Positions 1 to 14,389 are shown, numbered from the stretch's first letter. The stretch: DNA of 64,000 nt from Trichosphaerium sp. ATCC 40318 (GCA_038496445.1 JALMLS010000579.1:310001-374000), one strand, 5' to 3'. Numbers and translations: made by a program. The notes: a model not told the origin generated them from the letters alone.

Positions 1-741
1 ACCTGCAAGTGATTTAATGCCTTCATCTGTTACTGGAGTGTGAGAAATGTCAATAATGTGAACCCCAGCAAGTAATTTAATGGATTCATCCGCTACTGAA
101 GTAGCCCGAAGGTTAATTTTATAAACACCTTTGAGCGCTTTGACACCTTCATCTGTAACAGAAGTGCCTCCAAGGTTTATAGTATGAACCCCAGCAAGTG
201 CTTTAACACCTTCATTTGTTACCGATGTGCCTACAAGATTTATAGAGTGAACACCCTTGAGCTGCTTAGTGCCTTCACTTGTAACTGAAGTGTGACAAAG
301 GTCTATAGTATGCACTCCAGCAAGGGCTGTTACGCCTTCATCAGTTACATCACAAAAAGCAAGACAAATTTTACTAACCCCTGAAAGCGCTTTAATACCT
401 GTATCTGTTACTGGAGTGCCTTTAAAGTAAATACTTTGAACACCTGCAAACTTTTTGATGATATTGTCGTCAAAACAACTACCATCAAGCACGATTCTAG
501 TGTGTCTGAGAATACCCTGATGTTTTAGAACTGATTCTGCTTGAATTACTGTTTTAATGGTGATACCTTTGTAGCCAATAACATCATGGACGATGGATGC
601 GAACAAATGGCACGTTTGACAAGCTGCAAATCGCGATTTGGTTGTTTGGCGTAGTATATGCGCTAATATCTCTGTAGGCAGTCGTAGTAAACTCAAACTG
701 GCGATGTCGTTGATTTTAACACGCTTTGAGGAGGAAAGCAT
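1..741 (-). CDS. F-box-like + LRR repeat protein, intronless, 3' end outside window
   Basis: Open frame from ATG at 741: MLSSSKRVKINDIASLSLLRLPTEILAHIL (F-box-like), then 22-aa repeats of the type VTDEGVKALAGVHTINL. Paralog of 56572-57597. Absent from the ORF track because there is no stop in the window. Confidence 0.85.
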   Translation of the reverse strand, partial: MLSSSKRVKINDIASLSLLRLPTEILAHILRQTTKSRFAACQTCHLFASIVHDVIGYKGITIKTVIQAESVLKHQGILRHTRIVLDGSCFDDNIIKKFAGVQSIYFKGTPVTDTGIKALSGVSKICLAFCDVTDEGVTALAGVHTIDLCHTSVTSEGTKQLKGVHSINLVGTSVTNEGVKALAGVHTINLGGTSVTDEGVKALKGVYKINLRATSVADESIKLLAGVHIIDISHTPVTDEGIKSLAG

Positions 742-1002
742 AATATCGTCTCGTAAAAGTTGTAGTTATTATTTTTGCGCCTTTTACTGGCACGTTTTAT
801 CCCGTTTTAAACAATGGCTTGAATGATTGTGGTTAAGTCAATGTTTTTAGATCACGTGCAGACTCAGCACTCGTACCTCGGCTGTGACAGTGTACGACCT
901 GATACAGGACGGCTTTTTAGTGATGATAAAAGCTGAATTTTTCAGTTGTTGGAATGTTCTCGCTGCCTGTTCTCTTTAGCTGTGGCAGAAGCCACTGTGG
1001 TT

Positions 1003-1263
1003 TTATTCTTTAATATTCAATAAATTACAAACTTGGTCATTTAGGTCTTTACATTGTTCTTGTAGGTTGGTACATAGCTTTGTTAAAGATGCAAGTTGGT
1101 CTTCAAGTGTCTTTACCTTTGTTTTTTCTTGAAGGTTCTCAGTTGTCAGTGTCTTTACTTTGTCTTCTAAAGTGTCTATACGTGCCTTCATATCACCTAT
1201 TTCTTTTGCATCACCATATTCGTAATCTCCAAGATAAGGAGATTGAGGCATGGAACCTGACAT
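1003..1263 (-). CDS. small coiled-coil protein
   Basis: 86-aa ORF with heptad pattern (IDTLEDKVKTL...VKTLEDQLASLTKLCTNLQEQCKDLNDQV); no family recognised. Confidence 0.45.
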   Translation of the reverse strand: MSGSMPQSPYLGDYEYGDAKEIGDMKARIDTLEDKVKTLTTENLQEKTKVKTLEDQLASLTKLCTNLQEQCKDLNDQVCNLLNIKE

Positions 1264-1301
1264 TGAAGTAGAAGTTGATATAGTAATATTGTTTTGAGAG
1301 A

Positions 1302-3043
1302 TTAAAGAACTATCTTGCTTAGGTGCCGTGGTCGAGTTATCACAACTGTCCTTTTCGCGTTTTTGTTTTCCATCGCCTTATTAATTATTAGACTTGTGCA
1401 CCCCTGAGGCATCTTACCACCTGGAGTTGTTTCTTTCTTTTTTTCGTGTTTTTTGTTATGTGACCTGGTATCTCTACTTTGATTAAACACCTTTATCTGA
1501 TGTAGGGCATTATCATTTGCTAATTGATTTCTACTTATATCAAGATGTTTAAGGCTTTTAGATTCTTTAAACACTTTTGCCAACGCAATAGACCCTGTAA
1601 TTGCTAGTCAGAAGTACCGTAAAATGCAGTAAAAAAAGGAAAAAAAGAAGAAAAAATACATGCCTTCATCATCTACCAGGTGGGTTAGTCTCAAATGACG
1701 TAGAGTATTGTTTTTATATAATTCTTCAGCAATTAGAAGAGCAAGAGGTTCTGAAGCAACGTTTATAATATCCAGTTTTTGTAGGTTGTTGTTTTCTCCC
1801 AATCTTTGTCCGAGAAGATGTGCATAAGGCGACAATACTGGAGTGTTTGCAACTCTAAGATAAAACCATGAAAGTTCTACATTCTGTATAATAGTCGCTA
1901 TTGCTTTCATAACTAGATAAATAGAGTTAGAAACAATAAATTGTGTCAATAATTGTTTTTTGTACTAATGATGGAGCAAGAGTTTTAAACATTTTTAAGT
2001 ACTCCTTTTTGCCATGTACCTTTTTTGTTCTTCAGTACAACACCATAAGTGAACTCTAGGTAAAGTCCTGAGAGTGACGGATGACTTGAGGCACTTTTAG
2101 CGAACTCGACAATAGATTTTACAGGTTTGTCATAAACATAAAACATATCACCCGGACAAGTCCTCCCAGTGTGCGTAATTTCAAGGTCTCGCAAGGAAGA
2201 GAAATTAGGAGACTTAAGCATCTCCGCAATATGAAAGAAACAATCGCCATCAACAGATGAAAGAATAAGAGTATGAAGCTTCGGACATTTCGCAGTTACC
2301 AGTTTTTTCATGCTACCTTTTGTTATGCTTGCTTTTTCAAGCAGCTGAGATTTGATGTATAGCCTCTTCAAGTTAGGAAATGAGCCGTTTGAAAACCCTA
2401 GTAGACAAAGTGTAAGTGATTACGATAATACTGGACTACATAAGAATACAATAATAAACTCAACACGTGCCATCAAAAAGTTTGCTAAGATTGCAATGTT
2501 TTTCAACATTAACAAGCTCAAACTTCGTAAGCGTTTCTGGTAATGCTCTAATAATACCATCTAGGTCAGGCTACAGAACGAAATTATTAAATCAAACAGG
2601 TGATAACATACCATGTAGTTTCCAAACGTGCCAAGCGAAAGAGTCCTTCCCAAACCTTGCGGATGTATTGTAACACTATGAACCTTACTGTCAGCCTAAG
2701 TAGTTGTTAACGACTCAATGATAATTTTATTCCTCAGAAAACATCCGTGAGGTTCTCTTGTAACGAACAATCGCAACTGAAACGGGTTGTCTATCACGTG
2801 ACAAGTTTTTTTCTAGAAACAATAAAAATGCCTGTAATTTCACCAATTATGCTCTTGAGTACGTACTAATGCTTTAATCAACATTTCGCGGTTTTTTTCT
2901 CCAGTACGTGCATGAAAGCAGTCAATCTCGCGTGGAATTCTTTTTGCTGTGTTTATTACGGTTACTTCTCCTTGAGATATCATGCGACATAGTTTTTTAC
3001 ATCTTCTATTATTTACTTCCTTGTATTGTTTCTGATCGTTCAT
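1302..3043 (-). CDS. multi-exon RNI-like LRR protein
   Basis: Spliced exons give FPNLKRLYIK, CPKLHTLILS, LRDLEIT, NNNLQKLDI, NNTLRHLRL, DDEG/SIALAKVFKESKSLKHLDISRNQL. First exon is probably ORF 2840-3043. Two GC-AG introns. Confidence 0.7.
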
Positions 3044-3218
3044 GGCGTCACCTTTGTAGATTTAGCAAACTGACACGTTGTTAAGCTTGCGGGCATACAG
3101 TGAATAAGTGTGGGTTACACATGTAGTTTTGTAGGACGTCTGGCCCGATGTTTGACTACCCTTTGCAAATTGTTATCTGAACTGACCTAAATTAACGGGT
3201 TGGCGCCAAAGAAAAATA

Positions 3219-3329
3219 GAAGAAGGTATTAAATCTCTTGCAGGTGTTCATGTCATTTACATTGCAAATACTTCAGTGACAGATGAAGGCGTTAAAGCAC
3301 TAATCGGAACAAAAGTGGTTTTATTTTAG
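3219..3329 (+). pseudogene. orphan 3' fragment of the F-box/LRR family
   Basis: Translates EEGIKSLAGVHVIYIANTSVTDEGVKALIGTKVVLF*; no matching upstream part. Confidence 0.7.
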
Positions 3330-3745
3330 CCAGGCTTAATGTATAAAATGTCACTTCACATCATACATACTAAGCTGTACACAAAAGAGCATAGATCTAC
3401 TGTTATGATTAATATATTCGTTTGCTGGTTTTGCTTACCTAGGATATACCGTTGATTCCTTGCCATGGCAAAGAGTACCTGAAATAAGGTAGATCAAAAT
3501 ACTATGGTATGTTGCAAGCAAGTTTCTGAGAAAAACAAGATTGTACATAGATCTAAAGGTACAGTTTGAGGTTTGAAAGATATCTTAGTTTTGTTTATGA
3601 TGGACAATACCCAAAATACTCTTCCTCAACAAATACATTGGTACTTGAAACAGGTCATTACCAATTAGAAGAGATCGCTATTGTCATGACAAAGTAAGTG
3701 GTAGAGAGAGACGAGTTGATTTAGGTTTTTGTTTATTTTTTTGGT

Positions 3746-6700
3746 TCACATAAATGTACGATAAGGTCTTGGTGACTTTGACCTTGCTCCACCTTTTACA
3801 GGAACATATCTCCAACAAGCAACACTCTTATCCGATGAAAGAGAGCACACATATCCTTTTCCTACATTAACAATATACAATACAGCATTTGTATGAGACT
3901 GTAGTGCTTCCAAGCACTTGTGATCCTTTTTAAAAGTAAGAACAACATTAACAATGTAGACTTTGGCACGTACTTTAGTGTTCCATATTAGAATACTATT
4001 ATCTGATGAAGCACTCCAAACATGCCTCTTTCCTGACGGATTATCACTTACACTTATCAGGTGGGTTACCTGGCGGGTATGACCAGTAGCAACACCTTTC
4101 TCTTCAAGTGTCTAAAAACATGGTAAATAAAGAAAAGGCGATAACAGCAAGCAACTTGGACTTTAGGTGCCTTATACTTCCTAAAACATACCTTTTTGTC
4201 CCAGTATTTTATATCTTTCCCTCCAGATGTCCAAACTTCATCACCCACAGGAATAATAGAAGACACCTTGGAGAGAAAAAAATAAATATTTTAAAAAAAA
4301 AGTCAAACAAAAAATTACATTTCCAGTGTGACACTCCCATAACTTAGTGAATAGAACAAGTTTAGTTGATGCATCAAAAACATAAATGCAACCACTAGAT
4401 CCAACCCAAATAAAGTTCGAGTAACCTAACACAACATGAATAACAATCAATCTTTAAAATTTTGGTAGTTTTCAGTTCTCAAAAAAAAAGGCAAAAACTC
4501 CAAGCTAGCAAATCATGTGTACCGCCTCCTCTCTTCATATGAACCACACACATAGTGTTAACAAGTGTCTCCAATTTAATAGTATCAACTAGTTTGACTT
4601 TCTTAAGAAAGAGTCAGAAAACTCTTCAAAAAAACAAAAAAACAAAATAAAAAAAAATCGTACAAGGGTTGGTCCTTTTATCACTTCCCATACATGTATA
4701 GTCCCTTTAATATCACCTGATATGACCCAATACATTTCACCAGGTCTATTTATTGTTATCAACGAACGAACACCACTCTCATGTGTATCCATATCACGAA
4801 GCAACTTGTACGTCTAAAAAAGTAAGCTTGATTACAATGATGACGAAAGGTGTGCTTACCGATTTACTCCATACTCTTATCTTACCATCAGTAGATGCAG
4901 TCCATACATAACTACCTTTCAAACCAGCTATGACACTATTCACAGCACCTTCATGAGCCTTAAACTTAACAGTGACAGCTCCTTTCTAGGTGACGTTAAA
5001 AACCAATAAATACAAGTTCACTCACGGAAAGATTATATATCAGAATAAACCCACTGCTACATCCACACCACATGTATATACGGTCAACCTTTGAGTTTAA
5101 TTAGTACTAAACGCGTCGATAATAAAAACGTACAATAACACAACAAAGCGGTGTATGATCAAGAGTGACATTATCCTAAAGAATACGAATCAACTTTATT
5201 GAAAATGAAAGAAAATTAAATTATGTTACCCTGTATTCAATAAGCTTTGTTGCCGGCTTATGCATTGTAAGTTTTCGCTTTCTAGGATCCCAGTACTATT
5301 ACGATATTAGTCAAATATCACAAGTTGATAAAGTAGCTTCTGCACCCGTACCTGGACTTTTTTCTTTACGCCCAATAGTTTAGATATTGTATGAGTCATA
5401 GCTTCAAAATCTATGCATTCTTTAGCTTGAGTTTCCTTTAACATTTGATACAGTACCTGGGCGCATCCTAGGATCAGTTTCCCAACACTGACGAATCATC
5501 TGTGCGAAGATCTAAACGGAAAAGTCAAACTTGTGCTGTGACTGTTATTTCAGCTGAAAAAGACACAAAATTCGTTTGAGCTTTGCGTTAAAATGTGGTT
5601 ATTCAAAATAATGACATGCCTTATTTGTATCCTTTGGAAGCATTGGACGAAGAGCATCGTTGATTATACTAGACTTTAGTTGCCAAACATCCCATTCCTA
5701 TTTTTTTGAAGAAATAAGTAAGAAAGAATGGTGATTTTAAACACTGCTTCCTTGTACCTCTAGTACAGCAACGCAATCATTTATGCGCCACCCATGTTGT
5801 GTTAGGTTATCAATGAGTTCAGGTGTCTGCATTTGTTGCTCGGAAAGCTTTTGTTCTCGACGAATCATGAACTGATCGTAGTTCGAAAAAGGATGTTGTC
5901 TAAGGGCTCACTCCATCAGTTTACAGCATGACATCCACAAATGATGACGTACCGAGATACAAGTTCCCAACAGACAATACCAAAACTATACAGGTCGCTT
6001 CTTTCATCATACTTAACGCTCTTAGGATCAAAAACCTGAAAAATATTGTAAGAAACACATTTTTTTCTGTTTTTCTTTTTTTTTGGGTTGAACCTCAGGA
6101 GCTAGCCATTGCCTAAAAAACACTGTTATTACACCATACAACACCTTTTACTAACAATTAAAAGTATACATACCAAGTATCAAGGAGTTCACTCAAGTGA
6201 GGTGCAGCATGGCAAGCTAATCCAAAATCGCCAACCTAAATTAACATTTAGTTGGATTGTCAGCTTCAGAATATTCATCGTACCTTAGCACACACTGGAG
6301 AGTTGAAATCAAGTGATTCAATCTAGGATTTCAATTAGTTTGGTGATGTTATATGGAATACAACAAGTACGTACAAATACATTTGGACTCCTCAAATCCC
6401 TAACAAAATAAAAGTTAAATAAAAATGTCTTTTGTCATGTTCTAGTTGTTTGTCGAGTTATAATTACGAACCTGTGAATAATAGGTGGATTTATGGATTG
6501 TAAATAAGCCATGCCATGGGCAATATCAAGAGCAATCCTAGATATTATAATTAGTCACAACTACAAAGTAATAGTGTTTTTTATATTACTTTAGTCTCAG
6601 TTCCCAAGAGAAATCTTCATCGCTGTAAGTCGTATCTGATATTACGCCATGTAATGTATCTCCTTTTACAAACTCCATAATCATACGAAGTGGATTAATA

Positions 6701-9700
6701 TTAATCCCAAGAATCTGAACCAAAGTCGGATGTTGCAGCTTACTAAACAAGTAAAAAAAGTTAACAAAAATATCACAGGTAACTAAACCATTTTAAGAAA
6801 AAAGCAAGAACGATTCAATAAAATCATTCCCTTAGCTTTACAACCTTCCACTGAAATCTTGCACATAATGGAGTATTTTCGGGTTAAAATTAAATAAAAT
6901 ATCTTGAAGGTTACCTCATAACATAAACTTCTTGGTAGAAACTTCTAAATAATTCAACGCGATTATCTTCCTCTTCATTTTCTTGATTAATAATAAGCTC
7001 TTTCACAGCAACTTCTCTATCATTCCAAGTCCCTTTATATACAACACCATAACCACCTTCGCCCAATTTCTTACCAATAACAATACCATCAATAGTAGGA
7101 AGGTACGACAACGAAATATCTAAAAAAAAAAATTACTCAAGAAACAAAAACAACAATCCAACTTAATCCGTTGGCATCATACCAGGTGCTAAGCTTTCTA
7201 TCTTGATAGGAACACTGCCGCAATGGACTTCGAGTTTACCGTCTGTGTAAGCCTGCAATAGTTGGTTAATAAAATAAGAGTGAGGCTAGTTTTAGCATAC
7301 CTTGACTAGTTCATCGAACGAGAAAGCATGATGTCTCTCAGTATTTGTGCGCATGCACCGCATGCAAGGTATTTCTCTATTAACCTGCTGTTTATTCTTC
7401 AAGCTTTGAAAAGAATGTCAGATGAGTATGATACAAAAATGAAAATCTTACTAGAAGGTGTCAAGAAGAGAATCAACAGCTTGTATTAACATCAAGAACA
7501 AGTCAATATCATCCGTACTACAAGGTTGTTATTGCATATATTAAACGGTAATTTCACTTACTCGCAACGCAACATCCGGATAGCAACCGTCAGTTCATAT
7601 ATTTCGGGATCATAGCTAATAGGATTAAGATTGAGCCAAGTTGGTTTTTGATAGACGCACTCTAGGTATCCTTCTTTTCCATCGCACTCAACCATGGTTC
7701 CATTACGCCAAGGACTGACAATATCTATAGACTATACGATCATTAGCATTGTAAAACCTTCACATATTTACCTTTGGAGAGTGACACAACCTTGCAAATA
7801 ATCGAGCGAAAAACCCAACGGGCAAAAAATCAAACTTGTACACACGAGCGTACTGAAACATATCAACAGGAGGAGCAGCCAAGTCATACTCTTTAATCTT
7901 TTTAGGCTTTTCATAACCCAACATGCCTTATTTGAAAAATTAGGATGACACTACTATAGAGATACACGTACAAGGAATGATACTTGTTCCCGGTTTGCCT
8001 AATTTTTTTGGAAATAAGCCAACAGTTCGATCAAAAATGCATGGTTTGGGCACGTGCCTTTTAAAGGGAATACAACTTCAAAATGGTCTAATATTGTAAG
8101 CAACGTTCCTCTGATACTCTCAGGGTATTTATCCTTCCATACTACGCCAAGATCGTTTTGATTTAAGACACCATTTTTCCATCTAACTTTAAAGCTTACT
8201 AAAGTAGCCATTAAGTCAGCAAGCCATTGAGGATCCAAAATTATCAAGTCTCGTAATTCCTCCTATTTTTATTTGTTAGAGAAAATATTGAAGCTAATAA
8301 AAGATATTGTAGGTATCTTATACCTTCTCAAACCAAATTACAGAGCCAACATCATGGAAAAATAACATCATTTTTTTAAGTTGTTTTTCATTTACACTCG
8401 CCATGTCCTGTATATCCTTCCAATTCAAGAACTTTTCTGGTCTCTTTAACAACTCTTTTTCAATAGTCTAATAACATAGTCAGCTGTAAGTACAGCAAAG
8501 CAAAAAAAGAAACAATAGAACAATGAAAACGTGCAAAATAAAACTTTGGGATTGGCTTATTAAAAGCTGGTATGCTTCCTGCAATCTCTCTCAGTTTAGC
8601 TCGAAGATCAGCAATACCCTATAATACCAAAATCAGTCATGATGGGATATGAAACTTTCTATTTCTTACCTCCCCAGTCTTACAACTAACAGCAATTTCA
8701 TGCGAAAATTTGCAAGTGATACGTTGGTGGATCCTTTTTGTACATTTCTTTGCATTTGCATAATCCATAGTTTCTGCCTACAAGAAAAATCAGCACTACT
8801 TTACAACTGTTTATGTTCTAACCATATCCAAGTGAGTTCCAACAACGACAATAGGTGGTTGTGCCAACCCACCAACCTAAAACACATTAAGGTTTAAAAA
8901 AAACCAAAGGACCCTTACAAGTTTAATCTGTTTAATCCAATACTCGCAACGTGACATTGATGCTTTATCTTTCAAGTTATAAACAACCACGTATATGGAT
9001 CTTCCCGATAAGAAGAATTGATGTGTAGGGTAGAATACTTCTTGGCCACCTATAGCAACAAGATAAGCGTTTACTAACAAAACATAAAAAGTGAGTACCA
9101 AAATCAAAAACATTGAATTTAATTTTTGTGTTCTTTGAAGAGATTCGTGATACTTCAACACCGTCTGTGCTTATATTTTCTTCATAACTCTTTTTCTAAA
9201 AGATTTATCATTAAAAATCACATATTTAGAGTTACTATTCTCTTACCTGTAACCTCCTAACAAGATGTGTTTTTCCCACCTGTACAAAGTTGAACAAAAA
9301 AAAAATCACGTGAACAATTTAAAGTGTTTCTTGACGTACGTTCTCGCTTCCCACAACAAGAACCTTAACTTTATTCCACGTTTTTGTACCGGGAGTGACC
9401 AAATCCTTGTAATGTTTGAGAATATGCTCACCGCCACTACAGATCCGTTTATGGTACGTTACAATGCTGTTATGCTTACCGTTTAACCAAAGTTTGGTTG
9501 ACATTTTCAAGCTGATTGTTTTCTAGTACAAGACGACGTATATTCGTCAAGTTTCCCAATGATAATGGTAAGCTGTGTAGTAAATTGCTAGATAAATCTA
9601 GGACCTCAAGACCTGGTAGAAAACCCATTAATAACAATCCATAATAATTAGCTAAAAATGCCGCACGTGTCAAGCATCCAATGCCCGTAGGGATAGTGCA

Positions 9701-11783
9701 TAATGTATTATTAGACAACGTCAATTCAGTGAGGCTTGTAAGTTTGGATACACTATTAGGCAAAGCTTTAAATTTCTGTAAGTATAAAAGTAGTAGGGTC
9801 TTATTGGTTTGTTACCTGATAGCCTATTATCGTCTAAATTCAACGTTATGAGAGAAGTCATTCTCTCAGCGAAACTGAACACCTTTTGTGGTAAGGAGTT
9901 TAACTTTAATCCACGTAATTCTAATTCTGTTTGATCATGTATAGGTTTATACTTTGGCGACTAATACCATTAGACCGACAAAAGAACTGAAAAAAAAAGC
10001 TTACCTGAAGAGTTTTAAATCGCATGTTCAAGTGAAGACTACAAAGGGTACACGTTAGAGGTTTGTCAAAATATTTAGTTACAATAATTGTAGAATTTTA
10101 CCTTCCTAGAATATCTTCACGTGTCAAGCTATCAGATGCTACCTTATTTATTCAGTTAGTTTAAGATTACGCTTACAAAGTACCTGAAGACCGAGATTGT
10201 TTAATGCTGAGTTGACTTGAAGCGCATCACAAAAAGCTTGAACACCATCCCTAATAGACGAATCCAATGAGTGGATAACAACGTTTTAGAGTAGTAGTAC
10301 CGAGCAATGTTGTTGTATTCGAGATCAAGGGAAGTTAAAACAGTATTTCGCTCTAAACTCTTTGCTAATACGATACTGCCTTCATCTTCAAGTTCATTCC
10401 ACTAAACTTTGTGTCACGTGGGTGTAATTAAGCACCAAGTTTCGCTTACCTTTAATTTTAATGTTTTTAGCTTCTTATTTACGGCAAGAAAGTTTGCCAC
10501 GGCTATAGCGCCTCTAGGAGATATGAACTTTAGCGTCATAACAAGAAAACATGAAAAAAGTAGTACTTGTTTCCTGTGCTTGTCCCTGAAATATCAAGAT
10601 CCACGAGAGTAGTGTTTTCATGAAGAGCGACTGCTATTGCTGAGGAGAAATTGCGTTTAGTAAACTTATGGTATAACTCAACTTACCTGTCACTCCTTCA
10701 TTGCCGAGCTTATTTAACTAAATATATTAAGCACTTATTACGGAAAACATACTGTACCCCAATATTAAGAGCAGTCAGAGTAGTATTAATTGACAGAGCC
10801 TTTTAATAAATAGTCAAAATAACTGTGGTACGATTTAATAAAACACTACCTCACTCAACTTCTTCGTAGCGGCGAAACCTGCGCGAGATTAAGCATAAAT
10901 CAATTTAAAAACAAAACAGCTAATCTTATACCTATTTTATTAGCACTGACATCAACTAATCTTAATGGACTATTGTGATCCATGAGGCACTCTGATATAG
11001 CATCACAACCACCTGATTTCATTTCATTCGACTACAAAAAAAATAAGGCGTTAATAAACAGATTTCCAATCACGTGATATTAAAACGAAAAGGACTAATT
11101 AACGCAACAAAAATATTATCGAAAACATTTGCGTACGCCTAGATACAACGCCGTCAACGTTCGGTTTGCCATCAATGCTTTTTTAAGCTCTCGTACTTCC
11201 TTTATAAAAAGCCATCAATAACGCAGAACATCAAATGGAGACGCAAGTGAGCATCAAACAGTTGAACTTACAAAAAACAAAACTTCGGACCTTTAAAATT
11301 TTTGAAATAAAGGCAACGTATTTGCACGTGCGTGTCGCCTCAAAGCACTGTATTGATGCAAATACCTTTGCCGTAAAGGTCCGGTACGAAATTTTCTTGT
11401 GTGATCTGTAACTAAAAAGCACAAGAACGCACCTTTGGGCCAAGAGCATTCTTTTGAAGGTGTAGTTCCAAAATATGAGAATTTTTGCTCAAACAGTGAG
11501 ATAAAGCCATGACAATTCTTGGGCCAAAACCCTATTCGTAGAGCGTCAGAGTGTAGATAGAGTGCCTTTATGACAAGAAGATAGGTTTTTAGGCGGTTTG
11601 CGTACTGTAAAATCGCATTTTGTAACGGAGGGATCGTTTTCATTTATTTTCTTTAACTGATGTACTAAACGATGTTGTGCTTCGTCTGGAGGCGATAAAT
11701 GGATGTGGTAACCTAAAATAGCCTACAGTACCTGTTTTTTGTGTTGCCCTATCGAATTTATTCCTCCGACCAGGGCTGGACAT
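3746..11783 (-). CDS. Roco protein kinase (LRR-ROC-COR-kinase-WD40), many introns
   Basis: LRRs; ROC P-loop KVLVVGSEN/VGKT and GGQEVFYPTHQFFL; COR IILDPQWLADLM; kinase LGEGGYGVVYKG, HRDLRSPN, GDFGLA, WQWLAPE; C-terminal WD40 repeats ending TGA at 3746. Confidence 0.92.
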
Positions 11784-11998
11784 ATTCTGTATGAGTTTGA
11801 CTGGGAATGAGGTAAAAATGTGAAACGATGCGTGCACTCACTTTTAGTAGTTGAAGCATTGCTTTTCAACAAGTATCAATTGATGCCCAGCAACACAACA
11901 ACTAACAGCACGTCACTAAACGTTTTGAACTTCTTCCAACTCTTACTTATTGCTCGCTTTAAGCCAGATAAACAAAATAACGCCATAAACTACACAAC

Positions 11999-14389
11999 AT
12001 GGCTACCGTGGATATGTACGTTACCGGAAATGTTAAACGCTAGTTGCCAGTTATATAAAATAATTATTATTTGGCTTTATTTGCTCGCAAATGGTCTCTC
12101 TGTACCAAGTTTAATTGTCTAAACTACTGTAGACAAGAAGTTGATTCCATATTGGCAGAATTAGGATTAGAGCCTACAACTGGGCCTGCACCTACTCCTA
12201 GCGCCAATGGAGGTAATCGCATTTCGATGTCCGGCCCTGGCGCAAGAATGAGTGGCCCTGGCGCACAAATGAATTTTTCAGGTCCCGGCGCGCGTATGAC
12301 AGGTCCTGGGGCACAATCGAATTTTTCTGGCCCAGGTGCGCGCATGTCTGGCCCTGGCGCAATGATGAGTGGCCCTGGCGCGAGAATGAGTGGTCCTGGT
12401 GCTATGATGAGTGGTCCTGGTGCAAGAATGAATGGGCCTGGTGGTATGGGAGGTGGGCTTTCTTGCGGACCTGGTACATATTGACAGTTTAAGAAAATTT
12501 GTTAATAAAACACTTAACACGCGTAATAGGCGCAAATTGGGCACGACAAAAGCAAGAAGTCAGAGACGAACCAATCAAAATGGCCACACATACACCTGAT
12601 GGTAGGCCTATTATATACAAGGTACTATATAACAGCAATTTGACAAACCGTCAAAAAACAATTACCAAGATAGCGTCTGTTCGCGTTTAATTTTTTCTAA
12701 ACGGTTTTATAGGGACCACCTTGCGCCACTTGCGGTGAGATGATTATTGGTCAATGCGTCAATGCCCTTTCCAAAACATATCATCCAGATTGCTTCGTAT
12801 GCTCTTATTGTTCACAACCATTCCCTGGAGGTACGTTTTATTTAATGGGGATGCAGTCTGTACAAAATACTTTTTTTTTCTGAACTACCTATTACGTTAA
12901 CAATTTTTTTGTTGGTTTTCTTTCGACTGTGTTAGTCTAACAAGACTGTGGTTAGGTAAGTTTATTGTTCATGAAGACGAACCATACTGTGACCAAGATT
13001 TTAAGGAGTTGTTCGCTCCACGTTGTAAAGTATGTGGTGAGCCTATCGGAGGGAAATGTATCAGAGCAAGAGGTACTTGGTTTTTTTTTTGGAAACTACA
13101 AAAATACCAATTTTTTTTTTCTTGGTTTGTACCTTCGCTGGTATATTCTTTTATGACTTTGGTTACTTACTACAATATAGAGGACTTGGTATTTTGTCCA
13201 AATCACTTTGTTTGTTACGGTTGTGGTGTTCCATTAAAGGGATGTAAATATAAGGTTCTAGAAGGCACAGACGAAGTATATTGTGTAACTTGTCACGGAA
13301 AAAGAACAGTCAAAATCAGTACGTAACTTCCCTGTTTGGAACAAAACTTGTTTGTTCGCATTTCCTTTAGCGCCAGTGAGAGACTTATCGATTACTTAGA
13401 TCCTGAGCTTAAAATATGTCACTTCTGTAAAAGACCTATTGTCGGAGAATACATCCTTCTTCAAGGTCAATTCGTACATCCAGAACATTTCCGTTGTGAA
13501 GAATGCGGTTGTGAGCTTACAGGTGGTGACGCCCATGAGTTTGAAGTACGTACAAACGCTGAAAAAATGAAACCAAATAATAAATAAATTTGCACTTTTT
13601 TTCTTTTTAGTTCTAGTCCTAATTTATTACAGGGGCAACTATATTGTGCAGAACATTACTGGCAATTGCTTAAGAAGACCTGTGCGAAATGCCAGAAACC
13701 TATACAAGGTACTTGTCCGCGCCAATTTGGCACCTTTCACTGAATTTTGCGTTTAATGTAAAGCGAGACCTTTGCTGACTTTGTGCTCACTTGTTTTGGT
13801 TTTGCTTTTTTTTGCAATTTTTCACGTTGCTAACCTCTGTTAAAGGACGTTCCGTCACAGCTTTGGGAAAGTTATGGCATCCAGAGTGCTTCACTTGCGA
13901 GACTTGCAACAAACCATTTTCGGCGTCTTCGTTTTTCGAGAAGGATGGTTTTGCTTACTGTGAAGAGCACTTTATGACACTCTTTGGTGATCCTTGTCAT
14001 CGTTGCGGAAAAGGTGTCGTTTCTGGTGGTGTTCGGTATGTTTTTTTTGGTGTTTTTTTGCTTTGCTAATCTTTGGTTTCTAGCTTCATTGGAAACTTGT
14101 ACCATACACAATGCTTCTTGTGCTCGAATTGCGATAAACCTCTAAGCACAAGAAATGCCTTCGAATGGGAAGGTAAACCACTTGATAAGAGGTACGAACA
14201 ATAGCTCCTTTTTCATATCTTCGGATTATTAACTAATTTCTCTTTTTCTCTCTTAGTTGCTTTATGAAACTACCATCACGTGTACGTAAAAAAATTGAAA
14301 AGAAGCGTAAAGAAGAAGCAAAGGCAGCAAAGAAACGCAGAGCTGTTGAAAAGATGGAACGTAAAGCAAAGTTTGCTGGCGGACCTTGA
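11999..14389 (+). CDS. five-LIM-domain focal-adhesion adaptor (PINCH/paxillin-like, Dictyostelium LIM2-type)
   Basis: MATVDI/QEVDSILAELG (LD-like motif), Gly/Pro repeat, five LIM domains (CATC, CKVC, CHFC, CAKC, CHRC), PINCH-like tail KPLDK/SCFMKLPSRVRKKIEK. Confidence 0.88.
12227..12445 (+). repeat. coding tandem repeat, ~21-24 bp unit, (M/F)SGPGA(R/M/Q) x ~10
   Basis: Repeated agtggccctggcgc-type units translating MSGPGARMSGPGAQMNFSGPGARMTGPGA... Confidence 0.9.

Noticed and set aside
12124-12544. Antisense ORFs over the SGPGA repeat, and similar shadow ORFs over the LRR and MORN genes
   Set aside because: Expected stop-free shadows of repetitive coding sequence.
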